A stretch of DNA of 64,000 nucleotides from Veleropilina oligotropha (lineage: Eukaryota), in the NCBI GenBank assembly GCA_048128005.1, contig JBEUKZ010000081.1, forward strand, positions 186,001-250,000. The letters run 5' to 3'. Position numbers and translations under genes: made by a program. Shown here in pieces: positions 49,079 through 61,615 of the stretch (the first letter of the stretch is position 1; each line of letters starts with the position of its first letter). Under the pieces are notes generated by a model that saw only the letters and a program-made list of their open reading frames with translations, had not been told where the DNA came from and made no database searches.

Positions 49079-50933
49079 CAGTCAGTGATATGCATAAAAT
49101 AAAGTTTGTTTAGATAATGAATTGATGTTGTGTGCAAATTAAAGGCAGCAACGACTTAGGTTCTGAACACTGCAGGAGTAGTCCAGTCGATCGATCGTCA
49201 ATATACAGTGAAAAGTCCAAACATAACTAATTGCAAAATAATTTATTTCTTGTTTTGTCTATAGACGAAACCAATAAGGATATGACGTATCAAAAGTCTT
49301 AAAAAATCTTTCTAGTGGAACATTTTGAAAATTGAGTCCGAAGATACCCTCATTTATTGTAATTTTTTTCTTAAATCGTTGGAAATTATCATATATGCGA
49401 CATAATGCATGCATTTACTGTTAATAGTATATTAATAATGTGTCAAGTCATTTTTCATGGAGAGATTATTAATGCATGTGATATATACATATATGCATAT
49501 AGCGCCATGAGCTTTTGTATCAGTATAGAACCAAGGAAGAAAGAGTAGCAAAGCCGGTATCATCCCAGATCACAAAGGTAGATAATGTAATATGACAAAA
49601 AGCATATAGGCCCCTTGTTTCAAATTGTTTTCTTATTCATTATATAGATGAAGATTTCTTTATTGTATTTATGTATTATATAATACACGTTATGTATATA
49701 TCAACTAGAGGTGTCGGTGGATTTATCTGTACCAAGACAATTTATTGAAATTTTCCAGATGTAATTCCTTAAATACACATAAAATAGGCTATAATATGTC
49801 TGAGAGCGATATGAGTCAAGTCTTCCATTCAAACGAGTCTGACACCGCGTCAATGCCTTTGTTCTCAAGTGCTATGATCAGTGGCCATAGCTATATCGCA
49901 TTGGTTGGGCTATTACCTTGAACAATGGAACAGCTGTGAGCCCTATGAGTTTTATCCTTCATATATCAAGCTCATGGTATGTATGACCAGAAAGTAGAGT
50001 AGTCCTTCCTTGAACGAATCCCCGGTGAATTTTACTTTTTGTGCAATGCATGTTTTGCTATCTCCTTTGCGATATGCAACTGGTTATCTCTCAATAACAC
50101 ACTACTTAATTGTCTTCAAATGTTGTTCCTGATGCCTTATCGCTTGAGCTAATGCTGTATTTTTCGCGCAATATCCACATAATTGCTAGGATTGCAGTGT
50201 ATTATATATTACATAATAAATAATTCATAGGCAAAAATAGATCAGTATATAATAATTATAAAGTATGTCATATATTTTTATTCGTGTTTGGTTATTTCTT
50301 TTATATAATCATTATTGTATCCGTCATAATGTTAAAATCTAAGAATAACGAGGAATGTTTCATTGAAATTATAATATTACATCAATCGTATGTTTGCATA
50401 CAGAGCGGTATTATTTTTAACCACATCATTGGCGTGCTTCCATACTTTTCGACTGGCATCAATGCCATTGTAAAAGAGTTTGTTTTACTAGTATTTGTTT
50501 CCGTATCTGACCATTAATATTGTGTTAACATGAGCGAAAATTAGATCATACACTTAATTTACATTAAGTATCACTAAAGTTTCCAAAGTTCTATGTATTA
50601 TTAGTGACAGTGTATTTTGGGGATACAAGTTGTCGTAACAACAACGATCGACATTTACTGCGGACAAAAGTTGACACCAACCTCAAGTAATTCTATACTA
50701 TCAAATCATTACCGGTGATATGGTATTATATAACTCAATTTATATACAATTTAAATTGTGTTTTTATAAACACAGAACCAGCTAGGTCACAATAATTATC
50801 TTGAATGAAAACACATGCCAAAGTGGGGTAAATTGAAATGCTTAGTTGTCAAATATTTAATGTTCCACTTCATAAATTTCTTAAGACTTTAGTATGTTAT
50901 GGAATAAATTGTTCTTGGTTTCAAGAATCACTT

Positions 50934-51788
50934 AGATAATAAATAGTAAATATAGATTTACTTACTTTGGAACAAAAAATTGCGAAACAATTACGACCTT
51001 TCGCTTCTGCGGACCTTGGTCACGTAATGACAGTTTATGACGTAGCGCTCTACGTATATACGTGGCAGGAGAATCGATGTGTAGACGTCCACGCAGCGCT
51101 CAATGCTAATCAATACGCTGATTGGGCACTGAACATACCCCCCACCCAAACCTCGATCCGCAAATACCAACAACAACGGAGGAGGAAACAAACCACCATG
51201 CATAGGGTTAGGGTACGTGCAAGGTTTATCTGAACCACTAGCCCGGGTGTTCAAAGAGTCATAACGTAAGTATATTCCACAAACCGATGAACATAATCCG
51301 TTCGCTGATTGTCCATCCGAAGGACAAATCACCCATGGAAAAGCAGTGTAACACCACTACTTATCACATTACGTGTGATGCAGACGACCAACACACCTAC
51401 ATCGGCGAAACGAAACGCCCCCTAAAGCAACGGTTCAAGGAACATTTTGATTGTAACATTGACCGACCCACAGGTGTAGTGGACCATTGTATAGAGACTG
51501 GACACTCAGTATCCATAAAGAATATCAGGATACTAACACGAGAAGACGACTGGTTCAGCCGCAAAGTGAAAGAAGCCATTTACATCAGGCAACAGAAACC
51601 CACCATGAACCGGGGTCTGGGCAACCACCTCCCGGCCATCTACACATTGATTCTCCTGCCACGTAGAGCGCTACGTCATAAACCGTCATTACGTGACCTA
51701 GGTCCTCAGTAGACAGACCGAAACGTCGTAATCATTTCACAATTTTTGTTTCAAAGTAAGTAAATCTATATTTACTATTTATTATCTT
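50934..51788 (+). mobile_element. 5'-truncated Penelope-like element with inverted partial LTR
   Basis: GIY-YIG endonuclease remnant (YHITC..YIGETKRPLKQRFKEH..H..GH..R.VKEAIYI..MNR) at 51287-51712; 50934-51085 is an inverted copy of 51639-51788. Confidence 0.88.
51688..51732 (+). ncRNA. Minimal type I hammerhead ribozyme variant (G3:C8), probably decayed; inverted copy at 50990-51028
   Basis: attac-GTGACC(T/A)-a-ggtc..gacc-GAAA-c-GTC-gtaat: stem I attac/gtaat, stem II ggtc/gacc, palindromic ACGT stem III. Confidence 0.6.
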
Positions 51789-52137
51789 AGTAGGTTGTTT
51801 AATAAGTTATTCCAATATAAAATGGGTATCAATAAATTATTTTGCAATTAATTTGATGTTAAACCGTCGATTGACTGGACTAGAGTGTGAACAGGAAGTA
51901 CCTTAAACCTAGGGATTCGTTATCAGAGTAATCCTTATTTTCAGATACTAGTAATCCGTAATCCCGCTATAACGGGGTAAACACGTGTCTTCACACATGG
52001 CTAATTAGGATGTATGTAATGCGCTATTTTTGTCAGCAACTTCAACCAATGAGATTCTAACTTATAATCAACTTATTGGAATAGACAATAACTCCTTTTT
52101 AGAATATTGCTAATAATATTGTAATTGCGTATTGCAG

Positions 52138-52231
52138 GACAGCAGTGACAACATATTGGAGATCTACCTGGATTGTGAACCACACAAACTTTCCTTTATG
52201 ATTTTATTTTCTCGTCTTAAGTTTCGTCCAG
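52138..52231 (+). CDS. HPS3: HPS3 coding exon 12
   Basis: DSSDNILEIYLDCEPHKLSFMIL; phase-compatible AG/GT. Confidence 0.8.
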
Positions 52232-54171
52232 GTAGTTATCATTGATTTATTTACTCAAGATATTAATTAATATTTGATGTCATGATTCTAAAGCAGGACT
52301 TAAGGTGCAATTGCCATAAACACATAAACATTAATTTTGTATTTAAATGACTTAGTATTACTGCCTAACAATTGACATTCATTGAATCAAACTAAAATCT
52401 TTAGTTATCATTTAGTACTTAGATTAAACAAGTTATGTCATCAGGTTAGAGAGTGCTCAGTAATTTCCATGTTTATATATGAAGAGTTCAGGCGAAAAAT
52501 GCGATATACGCCAATTTGGCAAAAATGAGCTTGTACAAGAATTAGTATCTAGACTTTATAGTCTTTCCATACATTAAATTGGTTGCATGTCAAAACGCTA
52601 TATATCACTGTTTAAGCATGACTCTAATACCCGTTTTGATGCAAAAGGCGATATGTCCAAGCTCACCTTGTCGGCAGAATGCGATATATCCATTTTGACC
52701 AATCAAATTTCTGTATATGTAATGCGTGACTTGATAATGGCGGCGCCTACGAAGCGTTCACAAGGCACGCCTGTATGGGGCTCATACTTCTGAATTTGTA
52801 ATTGCGATGACTTGTGGTTCTGTTTATTAAAGAATGTAATGCGATTTCTGAGCAATATAAAATGATAGATCCGGATATAATTGGTCCTATATTCATAGAA
52901 ACTTGGTATATTAACTTGTAGGGCAAAATTTATCAAGCAAACAGTGTCATTAAGCAACCAGTATACGTATCACACAAAATGAAAGATATGACTTACATTT
53001 TCAGTTGGATAAAACGTTTCATGACATCAATTTTGTAGTCATACCTAAACTCGAAAGGATATTGCTAAAAAAATTACTAAAATAATTAATTGTCTTCATA
53101 TAACGCTATTTTGCCAAGATGTGCTGCTTGGATATGTAGCCTTTTGTGCCAAAACAAATAATAAAATGCTTAAAATTAATATATCTATATCAAATATACT
53201 TACGTCCTTACTAATGCCATAATAAGCCTATTATCGCTAAATCCGGACAAGGTGGAAATGGTAATTTCGCACTTTTTAGTAAATTTAACCCACTGACCCA
53301 CTGACCTGCTCGACCTCCTCCAGTTCATGCCTATTAAGAGCTCGCCAACTCCCGCGAGATCCTCGTGACCAAGGGTCAAGACCTCATCCGAAGTTTTCCG
53401 CTCGATTGAACAAGTCGTGTTTTACTTTGCTCCACATTTTTTTGTGAAAATCGATCTTTTCGAGCCTGATCTAAAGATCAATATAGCTCATAAGGTTGTT
53501 GATAGTGTTGTGTACACGTTTAGTGGAATATTAGAGAGTTTTCCTCCTGAATAAGCCCTTCTTGGAAGTTTTTCCTGTCGACTACAGACAAAAAACGAAA
53601 TCAACATCCTCCATTGACGACGCCATCTTGAAATTCTGTAAGAGAAAATAAAGAGGACGCTCAGAGGGATATTTAAAGAAGGAAGCTCCTTAGCAATTAC
53701 TACGGAGTCAGGAGAGAGTTGTATTATTGATATTGCTTGAATTTGCATTGCATTTCATTTATATATACGATAATTCCTCAACGACGTTTTTCTTGCTATA
53801 CATTTATGTAATAAAATTTATCGTCGTTGAAAAGCAGATTGTTTAGAATTTAACTATCGTTATTTTGGTAAATCTGCTAAGTCGGGGATAACACGCCGAA
53901 TTCTAACAAATTGATATATATACATCCAAGAGGTTTTAGGTGTAAAGGGCGGTTTCTGTATAAGAAAGACCTCCCGTTTCTCAATTCGTTGGCCGACTTG
54001 TAATAAAAAGGTTTATCGAAGTCGGTGTTTTTGGGCGTATAATCCGCCGTAAGTTTTAAGCGTATTTCAGCCTTTTCCAACTCTCGGATCAGGTACAATC
54101 GAGGTTGTAGTAGTAATTTGGTAAACTACCCAGGAAATATCCTTATCACTTAAAAACCCTATCTCCTACCT

Positions 54172-56417
54172 ATGCAGCATTGCAGTGTTTCCGGGTGCCG
54201 ACAGAAAATCCGTGGTTTTGACAGGCACTCCGAATGCATTATTCACCGTGTTTGTTCTAGCGATAAGAACCATCCATGTGAGCATTGTATAGCACTAACT
54301 AATCGGCAGTGGGAGACTCTTTTCCCATCGAAGAAGACGACCAGGGTGTCTTCTTCCGATGGGACAGCCACCGAGAAGCTTAAAAGTTTAGAGACAGGCT
54401 TTGATCCTATTCTTTCTGTTTCAGATACTCTCGGTAATAGCCGTGTTGGGACAGCGGCTATCGCGGGATCCGCCGTCGGGACCTCTGAGACTTTGGGAAA
54501 AGTCCCAGTAACTTCGTCGGGATCCATGGTTCAGGTACAGGCCCGAGTGCCGTCCGATTCCTCGCCTTTGGGCCTAGTAACCGCTGCTCATAGTATCTTG
54601 CCGGCCAGTAAGATACGTCGAGCGCTGCGGCGAACAGCTGAGCAGGGCAGACAAAACCTTTCCTCTCCTCCGGCCTCGGAGGAGCAAGGCAGCGTTAGTC
54701 CTTCTGTGAGTCAAGTAACCTCTGAAAAGAGGCGAAGGAGACTAGCAGAGAAAGTCGATACAGTTGCTGGGCACCACGAAAGTGGTCGAAGTTCCAGACG
54801 CTCGACGCAACCCGTCCTCTCCTCCGACAACGGCGCTAGTTTAAAGACTAATCCCGCCACCGTCGGAGCCCACGAGAGTGATGGAAGGCCAACCTCCTGC
54901 GACGCTTCTTTTCAAGACGTCCCGTGTGGTGTGGTAGGACCGGCTGCGTTCGGGGCTGAGGCTTACGGCGGATTTTCCCCCGTGTCTCACCCGAACAGGG
55001 TTACAGACCCGTATAGACTGTGGTCGCAGTCTTACGGGTCGTTCGCACCGTTTAACGCGCCTTCGGGCCGTTTCCCTGGCTGCGGTTTCCCGACAGGTAA
55101 CCCGAGTCCCTGGTACTCGGCTCCACCTGTCCGTGCAGCCCGTCCACCATGCGCTACGGTAACCTCGAGCGGACCAATGGCTGTTGGTCCGACGTCCGTC
55201 ATGCCTACGGGTTTCTCTCTTGAGAACGTCCAGGCTATGATTGCGACGGAAGTCGAGGCACGTTGTAGGTCCTGGCAACCGGCTACCCAGCCGCCCCAGG
55301 TTCCAACGTCTCTGACCGTAACGCCGGGCTCGGCTCATGTTTCGGGGATGGCAGTAGATTCTCGTTCCAACGAGAACACCACTCCTACTCCTCACTCTGA
55401 CCTCCCTGAATCGGTCGGACCAGACGGCTCTCGTAGTCGTTCTGGCACACATGAAGCCGTCTCCGCCACCCGCCGAAGGTACGACGCTGTCGCGTCGCTT
55501 CGCGGGGTGCTTGACTTGCTCGACCCGGCCCTGCCGGTAAGCGGAGTCACGCACAGGACAACGGCACGTCGGTTTGATGGGCCGGAAGCCCCCCTGCTTC
55601 CTACCCTACCCCAGTCTGGGTTGGTCTCGCTCGTCCTCGACTCGACGACCAAATCCATTCAGGGGTTCAAATCGGTGGAGACTTCCACTTTAACGGAGTA
55701 CCCTAGTGGTCTCCGTAAGGGAAGGTACCTCCGGCCCAGTAAGCGTCCGATTCCAATCGGGTGCTCTGGGACGTGTCTGGCGACTGAGCCGGTTCAGATC
55801 GATGCAGCGATGCGTCGCCTGTCGGCCAGTACAGCTCCCTCGGTAGTCAAAGTCCCATGGGTCGCCATGGAGGGCTTTGAGAGCTCCGCCCGTCGAGCTC
55901 TACGGCATTCCTCCATCCAGGATTCCTTCTTGGACGGAGCTATTACCGTGCTACAACAGGATGGACCCCGCGCTCGAGAGATCGCACTGTCCTTCCTCGA
56001 AGAGGTTGCCGCCGCCACGGAGAACTACGCGTCGGAATCAGCCCGATCCTTAGGTAACGCTGTCCTACTCCGTAGAGACGCTTGCCTAGACGGCACCACG
56101 TTAGACGACGCCACCCGGCAGTCTCTACGTTGCGTGCCGCTGTCGGCCCCTACTCTCTTCGGAGACAAATTCGCCGAATTTGTCGAGAAGAGAGCGACCG
56201 ACCTCAAGGATCGCGCTGTTGAGAAGGCAGTCTTGGATACTCCTCGTAGTACGTCGGCTGCTGCCTCAAGGAAGCGCTCGGGACCGTCCCGGTCCCATAA
56301 GCCTTCCAAGCGTGCCATACCTTCGCATAGTGGGCCTTCTCAGGCCAATAAATCTACTGCGAAAACGGCACCTCCGACCATATCCCGTCAGAGCGGGAGA
56401 GGGAAGCCGCGGTCTAG
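54172..56417 (+). CDS. DIRS-B gag-like ORF1 (natural stop lost by deletion)
   Basis: Collinear with copy A gag from the Cys/His cluster to SGRGKPR. Confidence 0.8.
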
Positions 56418-56419
56418 GG

Positions 56420-58334
56420 TTGGTCCGGCATCCAACCCTCGTCGCGACACCACCACCAGGACGCGCTCGTCTCTTAATAAGAGAAAAACAAGCCGTCCTA
56501 GACCAGGCAGTGCGGGACTTACTCTCAAACAGAGCGATTTATCCCGCGCCGCCCAGCACACCAGGATATTACAGCCACTTTTTCCTAATCCCGATGGCCG
56601 TTGGCGACCGATCCTCGATCTGTCGTGCCTCAACCAGTATCTTCGTACCGAGATGTTCAAGCAAGAAACACGCTCGAAGATACGAACGGCCATCCGTCCG
56701 GGCGACTGGGCAGCGTCTATCGACTTGACCGATGTGTACCTACACGTTCCGATGCACGTCTCGGCTCACCGGTACCTACGGTTTGTCCACGGGGGAACGG
56801 TCTACCACTTCAGGTGTCTACCGTTCGGTCTATCGTCAGCCCCGTACGTCTTCACGCGGGTAGTACAGGCTCTTGGGGCCTTCCTACACTCGCAAGGGCA
56901 CAGAGTACACATATACCTCGACGACTGGTTGATTCTCGGGGCGTCCCGGGATCAGTGCCTCCAGTCTATGAGCGTTACCCTGTCATCGGCGAAGCGCCTA
57001 GGATTACGGATCAACAACAAATCCTGCTTCGTGCCCTCGACGACGTTTACATTTCTAGGGGTCGAATTCAACACGGTCCGGTACACCGCGAAACCGACTC
57101 AGAAACGTATAGAGAACCTACGCGCAGTTATACTGAAAACGAGGTCTTCACGGATAACGACAGCGCAACGACTGGCCACTGTCTTAGGGCACATCGAGTC
57201 GGTAGCTCCCCTGTTACCGACGGGTCGCATGTAAAATCGACCGTTGCAGCAGGCCTTCAAGGACCGCTGGGTACAACGTACGGGACAGTGGACGGATCGC
57301 ATCGATCTACGGCATTGGTTTACTCGCACGACAGCAGTGTGGCTGAACACTCCCCTGCCGAGCCAATATCCCCCCCAGAACCGAACGCCTACCTCTTCAC
57401 GGACGCGTCAAACGAGGGCTGGGGAGGTCACCTCGACAGTCACGAGACATCGGGCCTCTGGCCTACGGACCTTCAGGGACGACACATCAACTTCCTAGAG
57501 TTAGAAGCCGTCTACCTGTCAGTACAGTCCCTCTCGTCACATCTCCGAAGCAAGCACATATTGCTAGCAACGGACAACACGACTGTCGTCGCTTACATCC
57601 AGCACCAGGGCGGCACTCGCTCCCGTCCGCTTTGCGACCGAGCGATCGACCTACACCGCCTAGTGATGTCACTCAACTCGTCAATTCGAGCCCGACACAT
57701 CCCGGGGAAGCTGAATGTCAGAGCGGATACGCTCTCTCGGTAAACACAGATTATACACACAGAGTGGACGCTACACGCCCGTGTAGCCCGAGATGTCTGT
57801 CGCCTGTGGTCGACGCCTCAAGTCGATCTATTCGCAACCGAATACAATCACCGACTCCCTCTCTATGTGTCTCCTTACCCGGACCCGGCCGCTATTGCGG
57901 TCGACGCTCTGTCAATGAGATGGGAGAATCTGATCGCCTACGCCTTCCCACCGTCGTGCATGTTGGCACAAGTACTACGGAAAGCGACCCGCGAAGACTG
58001 CGAGTTGACGCTAATAGCACCTCTACAACGCACGCAGTCCTGGTTTCCGACACTTCTGGATCTACTCATCGATCAGCCACGAGCGCTACCGCAGATGACA
58101 GACCTGTTATCGCAACCGCGCAGTCGGGTTCTACACCCGTCGGCGAACGAGTTTCACTTTCACGCCTGGCGACTATCGAGAGATCGCTCATTAAGAAAGG
58201 CTTTTCTAGAGCGACAGCCCAGCGCATATACCGATCTAGAAGACAATCTACAACAAGGGTATATGACTACCGATGGAAAAAGTTTGTGGATTGGTGTCGC
58301 GGGCGGCAAGTCAATATATTCCGCCCCCCTGTGA
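56420..58334 (+). pseudogene. DIRS-B pol (RT-RNaseH-MT) pseudogene
   Basis: YLDDWL etc. present; N-terminal deletion, frameshifts near 56585 and 57360, stops at 57232-57234 and 57741-57743. Confidence 0.9.
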
Positions 58335-59248
58335 CAAAATTTATCGAGTTCTTATCGTCGTTGCTCGAACGGGGAATGTCAATTTCCGCAGTCAAAGGCT
58401 ACTGTTCATGCGTAGCAACAACGTTACGGCAATGCCGCGAGCACACCCGCTTGTCTACCGACAAGACTATATCGGACTTCATTCGCTCCTATCAACTCGA
58501 ACGGCCCATTCAGCGGGTGCGACCGCCCGCTTGGAATGTTTTGTTAGTTCTCAATGCTTTACTTAGAGGCCCGTACGAGCCTATGAGTGATTGTTCCCTC
58601 AAAAATCTCACTTATAAGACCGTATTTCTTACCGCTCTCGCCACCGGTAACAGGGCCTCGGAGATACACGCTTTATCCGGAGAGCTTCGAGACATACACT
58701 TCCACACCAATGGGTCGGTGACGCTGCATACAGTCCTTGGCTTCCTTGCGAAGACACAACGGCCTGAAGATATCAGTCCCGAGGTTTGTATCCGTAACCT
58801 CTCCATGCTGGATAGAAATGATATCGACCGCCTGAACTGCCCGGTTCGCGCGCTGAGATTCTACCTGGATAAGACCCGAGACCTACGGCACGGTAAAAAG
58901 CGTTTATTCGTTAGCCATATGCCTCAATTCCACCGCGACATTCGCAAATCGACTGTTTCACGTTGGATTGTCTCTGTTGTTAAGGAGATTTACTCTCGGT
59001 CCAATGAGCCAGAACGAGATCTCGTTTCAATTCACGCGCACGAGACCCGTGCAGTATCGACTTCCCTAGCCTTCAAATATAATTTGAATATCAATGAAAT
59101 CTTAAAGGCTTGTTACTGGAAGAATGCTAATACCTTTGTTCGCTTTTACCTGCATGATTATGCGACCACGGCTGAGGGTGAACATCGGATTTCCTTTGTG
59201 GCGGCAGGACAACAATGTATCACGGGATCTGGGTCATCCCGACAGTGA
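57632..59248 (+). CDS. DIRS-B tyrosine recombinase domain (open)
   Basis: ALATGNRASEIHA, CPVRALRFY, HETRA, FVRFY. Confidence 0.88.
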   Translation: MRPSDRPTPPSDVTQLVNSSPTHPGEAECQSGYALSVNTDYTHRVDATRPCSPRCLSPVVDASSRSIRNRIQSPTPSLCVSLPGPGRYCGRRSVNEMGESDRLRLPTVVHVGTSTTESDPRRLRVDANSTSTTHAVLVSDTSGSTHRSATSATADDRPVIATAQSGSTPVGERVSLSRLATIERSLIKKGFSRATAQRIYRSRRQSTTRVYDYRWKKFVDWCRGRQVNIFRPPVTKFIEFLSSLLERGMSISAVKGYCSCVATTLRQCREHTRLSTDKTISDFIRSYQLERPIQRVRPPAWNVLLVLNALLRGPYEPMSDCSLKNLTYKTVFLTALATGNRASEIHALSGELRDIHFHTNGSVTLHTVLGFLAKTQRPEDISPEVCIRNLSMLDRNDIDRLNCPVRALRFYLDKTRDLRHGKKRLFVSHMPQFHRDIRKSTVSRWIVSVVKEIYSRSNEPERDLVSIHAHETRAVSTSLAFKYNLNINEILKACYWKNANTFVRFYLHDYATTAEGEHRISFVAAGQQCITGSGSSRQ

Positions 59249-60034
59249 TTGGTTTAAGGAATTTTACCAGGCACTGAGGTAATATAATGTAATTCTATTT
59301 GTGTACATTGAAATCACCTTTAGAATTTACTCCAATGTTATTTCTTTCTTAAACTGATTAAGAAATTGAAATTATTTATTCATACTGAGTTAATATGAAG
59401 CAATGCCCACATTGGATGTAGACATTTATATTATTAAATCTTAAAAATGTTTTTTGTACATAATATTATTTTTAAAATGTTCTCCTTGCTGTCGCAGAAC
59501 ATTTCAATGTGCGTACATTGGAAAATTTTAATATTATTCTCTACTTAAAATTATTTAAGTAACATGTATCATGTTGACATTTTGCAAGTTGGACATGCAA
59601 AAATTTATTATTCAAGATGAAGTTATTGAAATTTTCTTCAATCTATTGATAATTGTCACGGTTTTATAGCACAATCAACCTGCCTAGGTTCGGGTGCTTC
59701 TAAAAACCACGTCTTGCTGTTTTCTGTCTGCCGACCTTTGAGTCCGGAATATTCAGTCCACTGTCTTTGCTCATGACACGAGTGCCTCAAGGTATACCTT
59801 CCGCCGGTGTCCGGAGCTACATGCACTTTCGTGTTACCTGTCCGACTAACATCCCTGGCGTGTTTTCCCAGATTTCTTGGTCGAAATCTCACCTCGGGGT
59901 AAGGGTAGATTTGATGCTCAGTAAAATCCACTCTGAACGGACTCGATCTCAATGCTAAAGCGTCGTCTTCTGGTAACAAGTAAGTTTTAATTTTGGTGTA
60001 TGGAACTTATAACTCCGCCAACCAAAGTTATTCT

Positions 60035-60124
60035 TGGCATTAGTAAGGACGTAAGTATATTTGATATAGATATGAGGATTAAGAGTAATCCCTTGTATCT
60101 ATAATAATATACTTACGTCCTTAC
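60035..60124. other. DIRS-B internal complementary region
   Basis: Complementary to the element's 5' start (53181-53219) and to its 3' extension (60374-60432, which has a 6-bp insertion). Confidence 0.88.
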
Positions 60125-60807
60125 CCACTTGGCCCACCCTGCTTCGCACCTCCCCTCTTATATAAGTTCTTTGCCTTGGGGTTTGCTTAAACTTCGGATG
60201 AGGTCTTGACCCTTGGTCACGAGGATCTCGCGGGAGTTGGCGAGCTCTTAATAGGCATGAACTGGAGTAGGTCGAGCAGGCCAGTGGGTCAGTGGGTTAA
60301 ATTTACTAAAAAGTGCGAAATTACCATTTCCACCTTGTCCGGATTTAGCGATAATAGGCTTATTATGGCATTAGTAAGGACGTAAGTATATTATTATAGA
60401 TACAAGGGATTACCGGTACTCTTAATCCTCATTTTGTAAAAGTCTAGATTTCAAAGGTCATCAGATTCGTATTTGCTATTATGGTATAGTTTAAAATAAG
60501 AAACAATATTTAAGATTAATTTGAAATCAGTGTTGATAAATAGTAAACCTTATTTACTAAGTTTTACAAATATGGATATATCCAGTTTTGCACCTGGACT
60601 CTTCATACATATATATGACGCAATCATTATTGGTGTCTCACAATTTGTGGTTGTACATATCTGCCAGCCTTTATATCGGATCGGATATCAATTCAGCGAA
60701 ATTATATTGCTGCTGGTTAAAGGCAATATTGAATAATTGTTAGATGCTTTATACATTTGCCTATTTTCAATTTTTGCTTCTAACAATAATGTATTATATA
60801 TTTTCAG

Positions 60808-60871
60808 AATCAGCCTGTAATTTGTTAAAGCAATGGATGAATCAGAAAAACAAACAAGTCGAACAGACACG
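60808..60871 (+). CDS. HPS3: HPS3 coding exon 13 (probable)
   Basis: ttttcag / gtaaat; phase 1 in, phase 2 out, fits both neighbours; ESACNLLKQW. Confidence 0.65.
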
Positions 60872-61164
60872 GTAAATAATGCATCATTTTAAAGTGTTAC
60901 TTAGTGAATTACCTTTGTTTGCTGAACTGTATTTGATTTGATTTGAATCAGTTTAGTTTTACGACCATATTTTAACATTATTACAGTCGTATCTGTAGTC
61001 GGGGTCACCGGCTTAACGCCTCATCTGACAGACGGATACTGTGTGCATAACAGATACAGCGTCATTGTTCAGCATCATAACCACTAAGCTACGGCTCTGT
61101 TCCCGCTGAAATGTAACTTTCATGGAGTGTATATATCATCTAAATACTGAGCTCTGAATAATAA

Positions 61165-61412
61165 GGCCGCTTCGGCAGCGCAGTGGGTAGAGTGTCCACT
61201 GTAAATTCACTGGCTTGATTCCGCTAATGCGAACAGTAGTGGGTTCAATACCTGGCTGAGGCATTGAAATTTGAATCACAGTTGTCCGCGACTGGCCGAA
61301 GAGGGCGGGTTTACTCGGGCGACCGGGGTTTCCTCCCGCGATAACACAGACATGTCCTGCCTTGAACCTCGATGTTGTAAATATACAGGACATTAAGCAT
61401 CATTCCTCCCTC
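61165..61412 (+). mobile_element. tRNA/V-type SINE
   Basis: 13-bp TSD ctctgaataataa. Confidence 0.88.
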
Positions 61413-61615
61413 CTCTGAATAATAAAGTGTAACAGTGATCCAAACTGTTTGTTAGTTGACCAATGCTAATTGAATATCTGTTTGTTTACTGACCAATAGT
61501 CAATTGTTTTCTGTTTGTTAGGTGACTAATGGTTATCTGTTAGATCATTGCATTCCTTTCATCACTTGAATGTACGACATTTAATTAATAGTCTCCCTTT
61601 GTGAACTCTTCTCAG

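Larger units (their letters stand above)
53181..60432 (+). mobile_element. DIRS1-type retrotransposon, copy B (damaged), in an HPS3 intron in sense orientation
   Basis: ITRs 53193-53396 and 60189-60392 (2 mismatches seen), ICR 60035-60124, gag/pol/YR homologous to copy A. Confidence 0.95.

Noticed and set aside
49143..51902. Kolobok-like element enclosing the Penelope fragment
   Set aside because: TTAA flanks and a subterminal inverted match (~49180-49248 vs ~51831-51882) exist, but the terminal repeats match poorly.
54172..57234. 1020-aa natural Gag-RT fusion protein
   Set aside because: Comparison with copy A shows it passes from gag into the YR-extension frame and then the RT frame through deletions, and ends at a premature stop.
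59656..59979. 107-aa antisense ORF over the conserved 3' block
   Set aside because: No matching ORF in copy A; 1-nt indels between copies.
59676..59985. Known ribozyme (hammerhead, group I, twister) in the DIRS 3' block
   Set aside because: No CUGANGA/GAAA arrangement, GACUA has no UAGUC partner downstream, no twister core recognised by eye; an Infernal search is still needed.
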